Assembly (NCBI GenBank): GCA_963749195.1
Contig: CAVVLX010000007.1
Location: forward strand, 396,031-460,030
Origin: an uncultured Thermoplasmata archaeon
GTDB taxonomy: Archaea > Thermoplasmatota > Thermoplasmata > Lutacidiplasmatales > UBA184
Length of the DNA stretch: 64,000 bases
Reading direction: 5' to 3'
How positions within the stretch are numbered: position 1 is the stretch's first letter; each line of letters begins with the position of its first letter. A program made the position numbers and the translations under genes. Shown in pieces: positions 41,746-51,512 of the stretch. Under the pieces are notes generated by a model. It was not told the DNA's origin, did not search any database, and saw only the letters and a program-made list of their open reading frames with translations.

Positions 41746-41844
41746 TCGGGTCGTCGAGCACGCCGCGCGCACGTTGCGCCGCTTCGACCGGGCCACGGGC
41801 TAATATGGACATCCGCGCTGGGCACGCGCGGTGGTCCTTCCCGG

Positions 41845-43266
41845 ATGGTTCCTGAGGGCGCGGACCGTCGTTCGATCGCCCTCCCTCTGGGATCGAACGC
41901 TCGCACCTACGCTCGCTACGCCGGAGCTTGGGTCGCGGGAGCGCTTCCGGCGTTCGCCGTCATTACCGCCCTGTGGGTCGACCCCAGCCGGTTTAACGGC
42001 CCGGCCGAGATTGCGCTCGCCGGCTTTGCCCTCATGTTCCCGCTCACCGTCCGGGTGATTGGGGTACGGCGACACGCGAGTTTCCTCTACTTCCTCCTCG
42101 CGGCCGGCATTGGCTTCGCAATCGTCTCGATTCTGACCGGGGCCGGGAACGGCCTCACCGACGAACCGTATACGACCCCTCGATTCGTTTCGGTGCTCCT
42201 CGCCCATCACGATCCGTACACGTATCCGTTGATTTTCAATTATCAGCAGTACGGTCAAACGCTGCACTCCGAATCGGTCTATCTCTATCTGCCGTTGTTG
42301 ATGTTCCTGCAATTTCCGGGGCTCGACTACAAGTGGTTCGCCGTGACGATGTGGGCCTTGATGGTGCTCGTCGTCCGGAATCGATTCGATATCGGAGTTT
42401 GGCTCGCGCAGCCCTACTTCGCGCTCATGGCGGCGAGCGGCTACAACGATTTTCCGGTCCTCTTGCTGATGACGCTCGCGTTTGTCGGAATCGGTGCGGG
42501 TCGACAAAAGTGGGCCGAGTACCTCGCGCTCGGTTGCAAGCAATTTGCCAATGCGATCGTGCTCGTCTACTACGTAGTGCGTCGGGATTGGAAGAACACC
42601 GTTTTGACGGCCGCCGTCAGCCTGGCGTTCGTGGCCCCGTTCGTCTGGTGGAGCGGTCCCACGGTTCTCTGCCCCTCGGTGCTGGCGGACCGATTGCCGG
42701 TGTGCGTCTCGGGAGGCGCTCCGACGTACCTGCTCAACTACTCGCTCTGGGTCGTCTGGGCCGTCGCGATCTTCTATGCCTCCGCGGCGACCGAGCTTCG
42801 TCGGGCCGCTCGAAGCGGTTGGCTCGCCGCCGCTCTACGACGGGTGCACCTCTCGATCGAGGAGGTGTTTCGCCTACCTGAGTTCGCCATCGTGGGCCTT
42901 TCCGGAGTATTCGTCAGCTTGGGCGCGCTGGTATTGATCCTTCGAACTACCGGCAATGACTCTGTCGGATTGATCCTCGCGAGCCTCGGCGGATTCCTCC
43001 TGACCACCCTTTGGACATTCGCATGGAATCGCGTTTGGGCGTTCGAGGGAATGTCGAACCGCCCTTCCGGAATCCACTTGGCGCTCTATCTACCCATTCA
43101 AGCCGCCGCCCTCACAATCTCCTTGATCGTCCTGGCCGGATCCGTCGCGCTCAATCGTTCCGAGGTCGTGGGTCAGGTCGTCGCATTCTTGCTCGGCACG
43201 ATTACAGCCTACGCGCTCAATCGACGATGGAACTTCCGCGGGGAGATTCCACGGCCGGCCGTGTGA
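41845..43266 (+). CDS. GT-C-like membrane protein fused to a C-terminal GtrA-like domain
   Basis: GNGLTDEPY, HDPY, YLYLPLL, SGYND, LGCKQFAN; C-terminus EFAIVGLSG..FAWNRVWAF..YALNRRWNF. Confidence 0.72.
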   Translation: MVPEGADRRSIALPLGSNARTYARYAGAWVAGALPAFAVITALWVDPSRFNGPAEIALAGFALMFPLTVRVIGVRRHASFLYFLLAAGIGFAIVSILTGAGNGLTDEPYTTPRFVSVLLAHHDPYTYPLIFNYQQYGQTLHSESVYLYLPLLMFLQFPGLDYKWFAVTMWALMVLVVRNRFDIGVWLAQPYFALMAASGYNDFPVLLLMTLAFVGIGAGRQKWAEYLALGCKQFANAIVLVYYVVRRDWKNTVLTAAVSLAFVAPFVWWSGPTVLCPSVLADRLPVCVSGGAPTYLLNYSLWVVWAVAIFYASAATELRRAARSGWLAAALRRVHLSIEEVFRLPEFAIVGLSGVFVSLGALVLILRTTGNDSVGLILASLGGFLLTTLWTFAWNRVWAFEGMSNRPSGIHLALYLPIQAAALTISLIVLAGSVALNRSEVVGQVVAFLLGTITAYALNRRWNFRGEIPRPAV

Positions 43267-43429
43267 AGCCGTCTCCGTGTCGCTCCGCGGCCGAAAGGGG
43301 CAGTGCTTCGCCGATTCCTCGGGAGGGATAGGGAGAGACTTCGAGAAGGGAGTCCTCATAACCTCGAGAAGTCTAGAACGGTTGAGACGGAACCCCATCG
43401 CCAACGCGGATCGGGGCGCCGAACAGACT

Positions 43430-44770
43430 ATGAGCGACCCCGAACCAGCGAACGCTACAGCCCACGAGACGACCGTCGATTTCGAAACGATGCCCTTGCA
43501 CGCATCCCTTCGACAAGGGGTTCGGGAAATGGGGTACCGATCGGCCACGCCGATTCAAAGCCGCACGATTCCCGATGCCGTGCTCGGTCACGATCTTGTC
43601 GCGACGGCCCAGACCGGAACCGGCAAGACGGCCGCCTTTCTGCTCCCGATCCTCGAACGGACGCTCGATCTACCCACGGGTCGAATCCATGCCTTAGTGC
43701 TGACGCCGACCCGAGAGCTAGCCGTGCAGGCGGAGGGATTTCTGCGTCAACTCGGTCGCCATACGCGACTGCGCGGAGCCGCCATCTACGGCGGGGTGGG
43801 CATGCGAGACCAAGAGCGAGCATTGCGCGGAGGGGCGGAGATCATCGTCGCCACTCCCGGACGGTTGCTCGACCACATGCAGCGCGGAAACGTTGACTTT
43901 CGGTCCGTCAAAATTCTCGTGCTGGACGAAGCCGATCGAATGCTCGACATGGGATTCCTGCCCGATGTGCGACGGATCTTGAGGGACCTTCCCCGCGACC
44001 GCCAAACCATGCTCTTCTCGGCCACCATGCCTCCCGAAGTCGTTCGCCTTTCCCACGATTTCTTGCGCGACCCTCGTCTCGTCCAGGTCGGTCCCACGAC
44101 GGTCGCCGCTGTAGGAGTCTCCCATCTGGCGCTTCCCGTCCCCTCTGCCCGAAAACCCGCTTTGCTTCAGGAACTCCTGCGGGATGAACTCATGACGAGT
44201 GTCCTCGTCTTTGCGCGCACCAAACACCGCGCCGACCGATTGGCCCGGCAGCTCTCTCACTGGGGTATTCCGACCGCCGTGATCCACGGCAATCGAAGTC
44301 AAAGCCAACGGCTGCACTCTCTCGAGGGATTCCGACGCGGAGACTATCGCGTGCTCGTGGCGACCGATATCGCGGCTCGAGGGATCGACGTGGAGGGGGT
44401 GAGCCACGTCGTGAACTTCGACGTGCCCCACGAACCGGAAATCTACATCCATCGGGTCGGCCGGACCGCACGAGCGCAGCGACGGGGGGACGCCTTAACT
44501 TTGATCGGTCGGGAAGAAGAACCGGACTTCCAACGTGTGGAGCGTCTTCTCGGGTTCGAGATCGCGCGAGCTCGGATCCCCGGGTTCGATTACGATGCCC
44601 CTGCCGAGAATTTCTCTCCCTCCCCCTCTCCGCGCGACGGTCGCCGCCACAATAGTTCCCGGCGTTCTTCGGGTCGGTCGAACTGGGATCGAAGGTCCGC
44701 GCCCAGGAATCTCGATCATCGGGACCGCCGGTCCTCGGCGGGCCATCGGCCCCGTCTCGGCAACCGATAG
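43430..44770 (+). CDS. DEAD-box RNA helicase (RhlE-like)
   Basis: AQTGTGKT, PTRELA, TPGRL, DEAD, SAT, ARGID, HRVGRTAR; Arg-rich tail. Confidence 0.96.
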   Translation: MSDPEPANATAHETTVDFETMPLHASLRQGVREMGYRSATPIQSRTIPDAVLGHDLVATAQTGTGKTAAFLLPILERTLDLPTGRIHALVLTPTRELAVQAEGFLRQLGRHTRLRGAAIYGGVGMRDQERALRGGAEIIVATPGRLLDHMQRGNVDFRSVKILVLDEADRMLDMGFLPDVRRILRDLPRDRQTMLFSATMPPEVVRLSHDFLRDPRLVQVGPTTVAAVGVSHLALPVPSARKPALLQELLRDELMTSVLVFARTKHRADRLARQLSHWGIPTAVIHGNRSQSQRLHSLEGFRRGDYRVLVATDIAARGIDVEGVSHVVNFDVPHEPEIYIHRVGRTARAQRRGDALTLIGREEEPDFQRVERLLGFEIARARIPGFDYDAPAENFSPSPSPRDGRRHNSSRRSSGRSNWDRRSAPRNLDHRDRRSSAGHRPRLGNR

Positions 44771-44811
44771 ACACGAACTTTATCGGTATCTACGCCCCCC
44801 CGGGGAGCCGT

Positions 44812-46017
44812 GTGACGAAATCGGGTTCGTTGCTCAAAGCGCTGGAATGTCGCGCGTGCTGCACGCTCGTCGACCCAGAATATCGGGTGGGGGTCTGCCC
44901 CACGTGCGGGCAGGCTCTGTTCGCCACGTACGACCTCGGTCAACTCGATCCGCGTCCGTGGCGAACCGCCATTTCGGAACGACCATCCAACCTGTGGCGC
45001 TACCGAGAGTTACTCCCTGTCCGAACGCTCGAATCGATCGTGTCGCTTGGAGAGGGAATGACTCCCATCCTAACGCTCACCGACATTCCGCAGGCCCCAG
45101 CGATCCGGGTCCTCGTGAAAGATGATGGACTCCTCCCGACGGGATCCTTCAAATCCCGCGGAATGGCGGTGGCCGTGTCGCGGGCTCGCGAGCTCGGCGT
45201 GAACGATTTCTTCGTGCCGAGCGCCGGCAATGCCGGCGTGGCACTTTCCGCCTACGGTGCCCGCGCGGGGAGTCACGTTCGAATCTACCTTCCCCAACAG
45301 ACCTCCCCGTCCCTCCAAGAACAGTGCCGCCGGTACGGGGCGGAAGTCATCACCGTGCCCGGAACGATCCGGGAGGCGGGCCAGATGGGACGGGCGGCGG
45401 AGGCGAAGCAGGGTTCATTCGATATGTCGACGTTGCGTGAGCCTTATCGCGCGGAAGGAAAGAAGACCATGGGCTTCGAAATCTACGAGCAAAGTCCGGA
45501 AGGGAGCTTCCCAGACGCGATCCTTTATCCTACGGGCGGTGGAACGGGCCTGATCGGAATGTACCGTGCCTTCGAGCAACTTCGTGAGCTCGGGCTGATC
45601 GAACGGATTCCGCGGCTCTACGCAATTCAACCCGAGGGCTGTGCCCCGGTCGTCCGTGCCCTGCGAGATGCGTCGGCGTCAGTGAAACCGTGGGACGATC
45701 CCCACACGCTCGCGCCTGGGCTCCTCGTCCCCGCTCCGTTCGCCTCCGAACGGATTCTCGAGAGCGTTCGCGAAAGCCGCGGCAACGGGGAGACGGTCAG
45801 CGATCGCTCGATCCTCGACGCGATGGCGGAGCTTTCCGCTCGGCACGGCCTCTCGGCCTCCCCCGAGGGAGCCGCGCCTTTCGCGGCGCTGGGTCCGCTG
45901 GTGCGAAATCGCGAGATCCGCTCGGGAGAAACGGTGTTGTTGTACAACACCGGCACCGGGCTCTCCTTCTCGTTGGACCACCTGAGAAAGATGCTCGCTG
46001 ACGTAGGCGACTTATGA
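44812..46017 (+). CDS. thrC: Threonine synthase-like PLP enzyme with N-terminal zinc ribbon
   Basis: CRAC..CPTC, SLGEGMTP, PTGSFKSRG, SAGNAG, EGKKTMGFE, YPTGGGTG, NTGTGL. Confidence 0.88.
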   Translation: MTKSGSLLKALECRACCTLVDPEYRVGVCPTCGQALFATYDLGQLDPRPWRTAISERPSNLWRYRELLPVRTLESIVSLGEGMTPILTLTDIPQAPAIRVLVKDDGLLPTGSFKSRGMAVAVSRARELGVNDFFVPSAGNAGVALSAYGARAGSHVRIYLPQQTSPSLQEQCRRYGAEVITVPGTIREAGQMGRAAEAKQGSFDMSTLREPYRAEGKKTMGFEIYEQSPEGSFPDAILYPTGGGTGLIGMYRAFEQLRELGLIERIPRLYAIQPEGCAPVVRALRDASASVKPWDDPHTLAPGLLVPAPFASERILESVRESRGNGETVSDRSILDAMAELSARHGLSASPEGAAPFAALGPLVRNREIRSGETVLLYNTGTGLSFSLDHLRKMLADVGDL

Positions 46018-46493
46018 AGTGGGTGACTCGAGAGAAGGCGAGAGTCGACCGGATCGCTTGCCCCTGGTTGATCCGGAACTTCGTCGATCCCGCCGCCGAA
46101 TTCCTTTACGTCCCCAAGGAGAAGGTTATGGAGGTGGCCAGGATGGAGGGGGCGATTCCGTTCGACGTACCGGGGGCGGCGCTCAATCACTTCGAGGAGG
46201 CCGGGAGCGAGCACGTGAGTTTTGATGCCATTATTCGGAAGTACGAGCTCACCGATCCCGCCTTGCTGGAGTTGGCGAAGATCGTCCGCGTCGCCGACGG
46301 GGGCTCGGGGCGGGCCGCCGAAGCCGCCGGACTGGAGGCCGCCGCGACGGGATTCCGACTAACGGCCAAGGACGACCTCGAGAATCAGCGCCTCCAGTTC
46401 CCGATGTACGATGCCTTGTACGCGTATTGCAAATGGAAGCTCGAGCAGGGAGGGAAACTCGAGCACACCGGCACTGAGGCTTCGCCGGGGTAG
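46014..46493 (+). CDS. chrB: Chromate resistance protein ChrB C-terminal domain protein
   Basis: MKWVTRE..RVDRIACPWLIRNFVDP.AEF, IPFD, SFDAI, YDALY. Confidence 0.88.
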   Translation: MKWVTREKARVDRIACPWLIRNFVDPAAEFLYVPKEKVMEVARMEGAIPFDVPGAALNHFEEAGSEHVSFDAIIRKYELTDPALLELAKIVRVADGGSGRAAEAAGLEAAATGFRLTAKDDLENQRLQFPMYDALYAYCKWKLEQGGKLEHTGTEASPG

Positions 46494-46568
46494 TGGATTG
46501 GACCGGGCGAGGAAGGCGCCGACTCTCCCAATCGACAGCGGACCGCAGGCGCCTCACCGAAAGCGACG

Positions 46569-47864
46569 ATGACCACGACGCTCCCCTCGGGTCTCAGCGG
46601 GCTTCGAATGCGCCGCGACCGGCTGTTGCTGATGGGGACCCGAACCGCCCGTGGGTTCGGTGCGGGCGCCCTATCGATCGTCATCGCCCTCGACCTGGCG
46701 GGGGTAGGGTATTCCTCCTTTGCAATCGGCACCATTCTCGGGCTCGCGCTCGGAGGCGCAGCGGTCTGGGCCGTGGCAGTGCCTCGGATTGAGTTGCATT
46801 GGCGTCGTCGGTCGGTGTTCGTTCTGTCGGCCGTGGCCCTTGCCTTCGGCGGGGCCCTTCTGTGGGTCGATATCGCTAGCCCGGTATTTCTGATCGCCGC
46901 CCTCCTTCTCGGCGGGATCGTTGCCGGCGGGGCCGACGTCAGCCCCCTCGGTGCCTTGGAGCAGGCCGCACTGGCGGGCACGACGGCGAATGCCGTAAGA
47001 ACGCAGACCTATTCGGTCTACAACCTCGCTGGATACGTGGGGGTGGCCTTCGGCGCCCTCGCCGCCGGATCTATCTCCAGCCTCAGCGGTTCGACGTCCC
47101 CGGGCTTGCCCCCAGGATCCCACGACGCGACGCTGCTTTTCTACGCCCTCCTTGGCCTCGCCCTCGTTCCCCTGTATCAGAGTCTTTCGATCGACGTCGA
47201 CTCTCAAGCGCGCGGAGACCGGCCATCTCCGCTCTCGCCCGCCAGCCGAGGGATCGTCTACTCGCTCTCCGCATTGTTCTCGGTCGACGCCTTCGCCGGC
47301 GGCCTGATCGTGAACAGCTTAGTCGTCTACTACTTCTCGACTCAGTTTCACCCGGGAGTCGATCTCCTGGGGTTCGTCTTCTTCCTTAGTAACTTGGCCG
47401 CCGGACTCTCCCTCGTCCTCGCGGCGCCGTTGGCCCGACGGTTCGGGCTCATCAACACCATGGTCTTCAGCCACATTCCGTCGAACATTTTCCTCATTTT
47501 GGTCATATTCGCCCCCAACTTTCTCATCGCGTCGTTTCTCTGGGTCGCGCGAGCGACGCTTTCCCAGATGGATGTTCCCACCCGCCAGTCGTACATGCAG
47601 GCGGTCGTACCCCCCGAAGACCGAGCCGCCGCGGCCGGTTACACTACCGCGGCTCGAAGCTGTCAGGCGTTCGGTGCCCCCGTCACGGGATCTTTCCTAG
47701 CGGCCGGCGGGCCGTGGGTCGCTGCCCCCTTCGCGCTCGCCGGCTGTGTGAAAATCGGGTATGATGTGGCGGTCTATTCACGGTTCCGTCGGCTTCGTCC
47801 TCCGGAAGAGATCGGGGGGAGCGCCGCAGCTACCGTCACCGCGCAAGTCTCGAAGCGGCCCTGA
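46569..47864 (+). CDS. MFS transporter
   Basis: About 12 TM helices, LEQAAL, DAFAGG, RRFGLINTMVFSHIPSN, QMDVPTRQSY. Confidence 0.92.
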   Translation: MTTTLPSGLSGLRMRRDRLLLMGTRTARGFGAGALSIVIALDLAGVGYSSFAIGTILGLALGGAAVWAVAVPRIELHWRRRSVFVLSAVALAFGGALLWVDIASPVFLIAALLLGGIVAGGADVSPLGALEQAALAGTTANAVRTQTYSVYNLAGYVGVAFGALAAGSISSLSGSTSPGLPPGSHDATLLFYALLGLALVPLYQSLSIDVDSQARGDRPSPLSPASRGIVYSLSALFSVDAFAGGLIVNSLVVYYFSTQFHPGVDLLGFVFFLSNLAAGLSLVLAAPLARRFGLINTMVFSHIPSNIFLILVIFAPNFLIASFLWVARATLSQMDVPTRQSYMQAVVPPEDRAAAAGYTTAARSCQAFGAPVTGSFLAAGGPWVAAPFALAGCVKIGYDVAVYSRFRRLRPPEEIGGSAAATVTAQVSKRP

Positions 47865-47985
47865 CGCGACGCTGCTTGTCTCGCCCCGGCACGATAGGTT
47901 GCTCTCGATCGGTGATCCGACGCACTTCCGAGCCAGCGAGGTAGATCTCGGCGGGGGGGCCTGCTGAGTAGACGCTTGGGGGTCA

Positions 47986-48058
47986 TGGGCGCGGCCAGAT
48001 TCGAACTGGCGGCCTTCACCGTGTCAGGGTGACGTCATAACCACTAGACTACGCGCCC
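47986..48058 (-). tRNA. tRNA-Val(GAC)
   Basis: Minus strand GGGCGCG/CGCGCCC-A, TCACC-CTGACAC-GGTGA, GCCAG-TTCGAAT-CTGGC. Confidence 0.96.
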
Positions 48059-48122
48059 ACCCGGCGGGCCACCCAGCGCCTGCTTCATATGGGTGTCGCA
48101 TGACCGGGGGCGCCGCGGAACG

Positions 48123-49673
48123 CTAGCCGTACCCGCCCGAAAACTGCCCCGGATCGGGATGCTCGTTCCAGGTGTAGTAGCCCATCGATTGGCGTTGCGA
48201 CTCGCTGACATCCTGACGAATGCCCCCTTGGAGCGATCCATAGGTCGCCCGAATCTGTTCTTCGATCGATCGAGCGCGCGCGAGGGCCTCTTTGAAGTGG
48301 GCCGGCTCCAAATAGGAACTTCCCGAGATCGCCGCGAGGTCGCCGGCGGTTCGGATCAGACCTCCGAGCTCACGCAGCCGAAGACTGAGCGCGTTTCGTC
48401 GCCCGTCGACGAGCTCGGCGCGACGGCGCGCCTCGCGGATCAGGTCGAGCAGGGCGTCATGCGTCGCCGGACGGATCCGGCCATCGACGGCGATCTCTTG
48501 GGCACAGAATTGGGCCAGCCTCATTTCATTCGCTTCGGTATCCGGCATCGTCGTCTCTAACAGGACCTCGTAGCCTCCACCGGCAATTCGAGATCGAAGC
48601 GGCGACAGGATCTTATGAATATCCTGAATGTTGGAAGCCGCCACCAAAATAAAATCGCAGGGAACGCCGTCCAGACGGACGGCAGCGCCGCCGGATTGAG
48701 GATTCCTCCCCGTGATCGGGAACCGCTTTTCCTGCATAGCCGTCAGGATGTGGCGTTGCAGGTGCCCGAGATGCGGCAGTTCATCGACGAAGAGCACGCC
48801 TTCGTGCGCTTCGTGAATCGCCCCGGGGATGACACGCTCGTAGGGAAGCGTGCCGAGCTGCGGATGGCCGCCGTACGGGTCGTGCCGAACATCGCCTAAG
48901 AGCTCGGTCTCGCTCGCTCCGGTCGCCATGAGAAACGTGTTCCGATCCAGTTTCACGAGCACCTTGCGCGGACTCTCCTTCTGAAGGGTCCGCCGGCGCT
49001 CGAGCGCCCGTTGGTCGAGCACTTTGATCTGCTCCCCGGCGCGTTCGTAAGCGACGACCTCTTCGGCCCCGTTCCGAAGTCGAGTCGTTCGGACGGATTC
49101 TTGGGGGTTCCCTCCGGGGCTGACCGTCAACTCTAGAATACCTCCGACCAGGTCCCGGAACGGATTCCCGCTCCCCGTCATGCCCGGCACGAGCTGCTTG
49201 AGATTTCCGCAGCTCGGGCAATATCGCTCGGCCGGCAGGGAATAGAAACTGCAGCGGGGGCAACGATAGCCGAGCCGTTCCGCGACGGACGCGGGGGCAT
49301 CCTGCGGGACAATGAGCTCCCCTTCGACCGATCGAGCGGCCTCCCGCTCGCGATGCACTTCGTCCCGAGTCACGATCTCGATCGAGGGGCGCTCCGGATT
49401 CTCCGGGTTATGAACCACTCGGAGCTCCGTCCGGGGTCGATCGAGGTGCAACGCCAGCGCCTGCGCCGTCATCGACTTTCCGATCCCCGGCGGCCCCACG
49501 AGGAGTAGATGTCGCCGTTGGAAGGCGGCGATCCGTGCGAGCTCCACGGCTTTTTCTTGGCCGATCACTCGCGCCAGCGGGTCCGTAGGAATCGGAATGT
49601 CATCCGTGGAGCGAACTTCGTCGAGAGATACCGGATTCCGCCGGCTTGGTTCGACGCCCGATGCCGCGCTCAT
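48123..49673 (-). CDS. LonB-related AAA+ ATPase lacking the protease domain, with a zinc-ribbon insert
   Basis: VIGQEKAV, GPPGIGKS, LLGDVRHDPYG, PGAIHEAHEGVLFVDE, VPCDFILV, PLRSRI, LRLRELGGL; insert CPRC..CPSC; ends without a Ser-Lys protease domain. Confidence 0.88.
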   Translation of the reverse strand: MSAASGVEPSRRNPVSLDEVRSTDDIPIPTDPLARVIGQEKAVELARIAAFQRRHLLLVGPPGIGKSMTAQALALHLDRPRTELRVVHNPENPERPSIEIVTRDEVHREREAARSVEGELIVPQDAPASVAERLGYRCPRCSFYSLPAERYCPSCGNLKQLVPGMTGSGNPFRDLVGGILELTVSPGGNPQESVRTTRLRNGAEEVVAYERAGEQIKVLDQRALERRRTLQKESPRKVLVKLDRNTFLMATGASETELLGDVRHDPYGGHPQLGTLPYERVIPGAIHEAHEGVLFVDELPHLGHLQRHILTAMQEKRFPITGRNPQSGGAAVRLDGVPCDFILVAASNIQDIHKILSPLRSRIAGGGYEVLLETTMPDTEANEMRLAQFCAQEIAVDGRIRPATHDALLDLIREARRRAELVDGRRNALSLRLRELGGLIRTAGDLAAISGSSYLEPAHFKEALARARSIEEQIRATYGSLQGGIRQDVSESQRQSMGYYTWNEHPDPGQFSGGYG

Positions 49674-49787
49674 CGTTCGGCCTACCCTACTTCTAGGTCA
49701 AGCCGGCGCTTAAGGTACCGCGCACGAGAGCCATACCGGCCCCGCGCGCGGCGAAAATGTAGGACGGTCGGAAGCCGCCGGTTCGTC

Positions 49788-51122
49788 CTACCGAGGCGGG
49801 TTCGGAACCTGGAGGTCCGCTCGGGTGAACACGCGGATCTGCTCGGGGATCTTCCCCACGGCCCCCAATCGGCTCGCGACGACGGTTCCGATACCCTTCT
49901 CTTGGGCGACGTCCAGCAGCCGCTGGCTGATCACGCCATCGAAGATCACGGTCTTTGCCGGCGTGGTCAAGGCTCCGAGCGTGTCGATCATTTCCTTGAC
50001 CGACGCTTCCGATACGACCGCGTCTCCATCGCCTAACACGAGAAAGCGGGAGGCGTGCTCCACCCCATCGAGTAGATCGAAGTAGTGCTTGAGCTCCGGC
50101 GTGAGGGCGGCGGCGGGGGGAGGAGGAGGGGGCGCTCGGGCGACGGGAGCCGGCGGCGGAGGCGCCGGGACGCGTTCCCGCTCGTCTCGGCGCGGTCCCC
50201 CCCGTTCTTCGCGACGATCCGGTCGGTTGCCGCCGGGTGGACCCGCATCGCCCCGCTCGTCCATCGGGGAACGAGTGGAGCCGGTCGAATCGAACCCGGT
50301 CATCTCGAGATATTGATTGATCGGGATCTTGTTTCGAAGGCATTTCAGCAGCTGCTTTTGAGTGAGCTCTTCCACCTCACTTCCGCGGGGGGCACGGGCG
50401 ACGAAGTCAATGTCCATCGTTTGGAGCATTTCGCGAAGGATCAACTCCCCCGCTCGATCCCCATCGGTGAAGACCGTCACTGTTTTTCCGCGCGACAGGT
50501 CCTTGACCGTTTGCGGAACGCTCGTTCCTTCGACGGCGATGACGTTCTTGATTCCGCAGCGAAGCAGATTCAATACGTCGGATCGCCCCTCGACCACGAT
50601 GAGCGCATCCGCCTGATCGATGTTCGGACCCGCGGGGAGATGTTCCGGCCCGTAGGAGGTGATCTCCTCGACCTGGAACGACTTTCGAACGGCCTCGGTT
50701 AAATCGATGCCGACCCCCTTCGATTCCTCCTGCATCTTCGCGAGGATTTCTTTCGCCCGGTCGACGACCTTGGAACGTTTAGAGATCCGAATATCCTCGA
50801 CGGAGATGATCTCAATCTTCGCGCGACACGGCCCGATCCGGTCGACGGTTTCGAGTCCGCTGGCGAGGATCGCGGTCTCGACTTGATCGAGCGAGGAGGG
50901 GATCAGAATCTCCCCTTCGCTCTTTCCTTTGCGCGAATCGATCTCGACTTCGATCCGACCGATCCGGCCGGATTTCTGCAAGTCGCGTAGGTCCAGTTCA
51001 TCGCCGAGAAGTCCTTCGGTCTGTCCAAACACCGCGCCGACGACATCGGGTTTATCGATGACACCTTCGGCGGCGATTCGGGCCTTGATCTGGTATTTTG
51101 CGGCGCTAGGGTCGTTGCTCAT
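49788..51122 (-). CDS. dnaG: Archaeal DnaG (bacterial-type primase, exosome-associated)
   Basis: DVVGAVFGQTEGLLG, LQKSGRIGRI, TOPRIM VVEGRSDV and DGDRAG. Confidence 0.96.
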   Translation of the reverse strand: MSNDPSAAKYQIKARIAAEGVIDKPDVVGAVFGQTEGLLGDELDLRDLQKSGRIGRIEVEIDSRKGKSEGEILIPSSLDQVETAILASGLETVDRIGPCRAKIEIISVEDIRISKRSKVVDRAKEILAKMQEESKGVGIDLTEAVRKSFQVEEITSYGPEHLPAGPNIDQADALIVVEGRSDVLNLLRCGIKNVIAVEGTSVPQTVKDLSRGKTVTVFTDGDRAGELILREMLQTMDIDFVARAPRGSEVEELTQKQLLKCLRNKIPINQYLEMTGFDSTGSTRSPMDERGDAGPPGGNRPDRREERGGPRRDERERVPAPPPPAPVARAPPPPPPAAALTPELKHYFDLLDGVEHASRFLVLGDGDAVVSEASVKEMIDTLGALTTPAKTVIFDGVISQRLLDVAQEKGIGTVVASRLGAVGKIPEQIRVFTRADLQVPNPPR

Positions 51123-51512
51123 GGTCGGTCTGTTCCTCCGTTTCTGTGGATGACCCGCCATCGCGGGTCGTGTCCCGGGGAACGAACTGAGGACTAGTGC
51201 TCGCGCGTCCGCACAGGATCGCGGAAACTACGACAAGGACCGGCTTGGATCATGAGTCGTGAGTCCGTGAGACGTGCGGGCGCGAGGAGGCCTCCTCGGT
51301 CCGTCTCCGGGGTTCTTTCCAATCCTACAAAGCTAGAGGGGGTACTTAAGAGGGAGGGGCACCCCGGGAACGTTTTCGAAACGAGTCGGCTGGTTACAGC
51401 CCCCGACAGCGAGTCAGCGGCGCAGCCACGTTTACGCAACGTTGAGCGGTTCGGGGAAGAGACATTCCTTCGCCCCCTCAATTCCTTATTGTCCCTTCGG
51501 ACTAGCTCCGCC

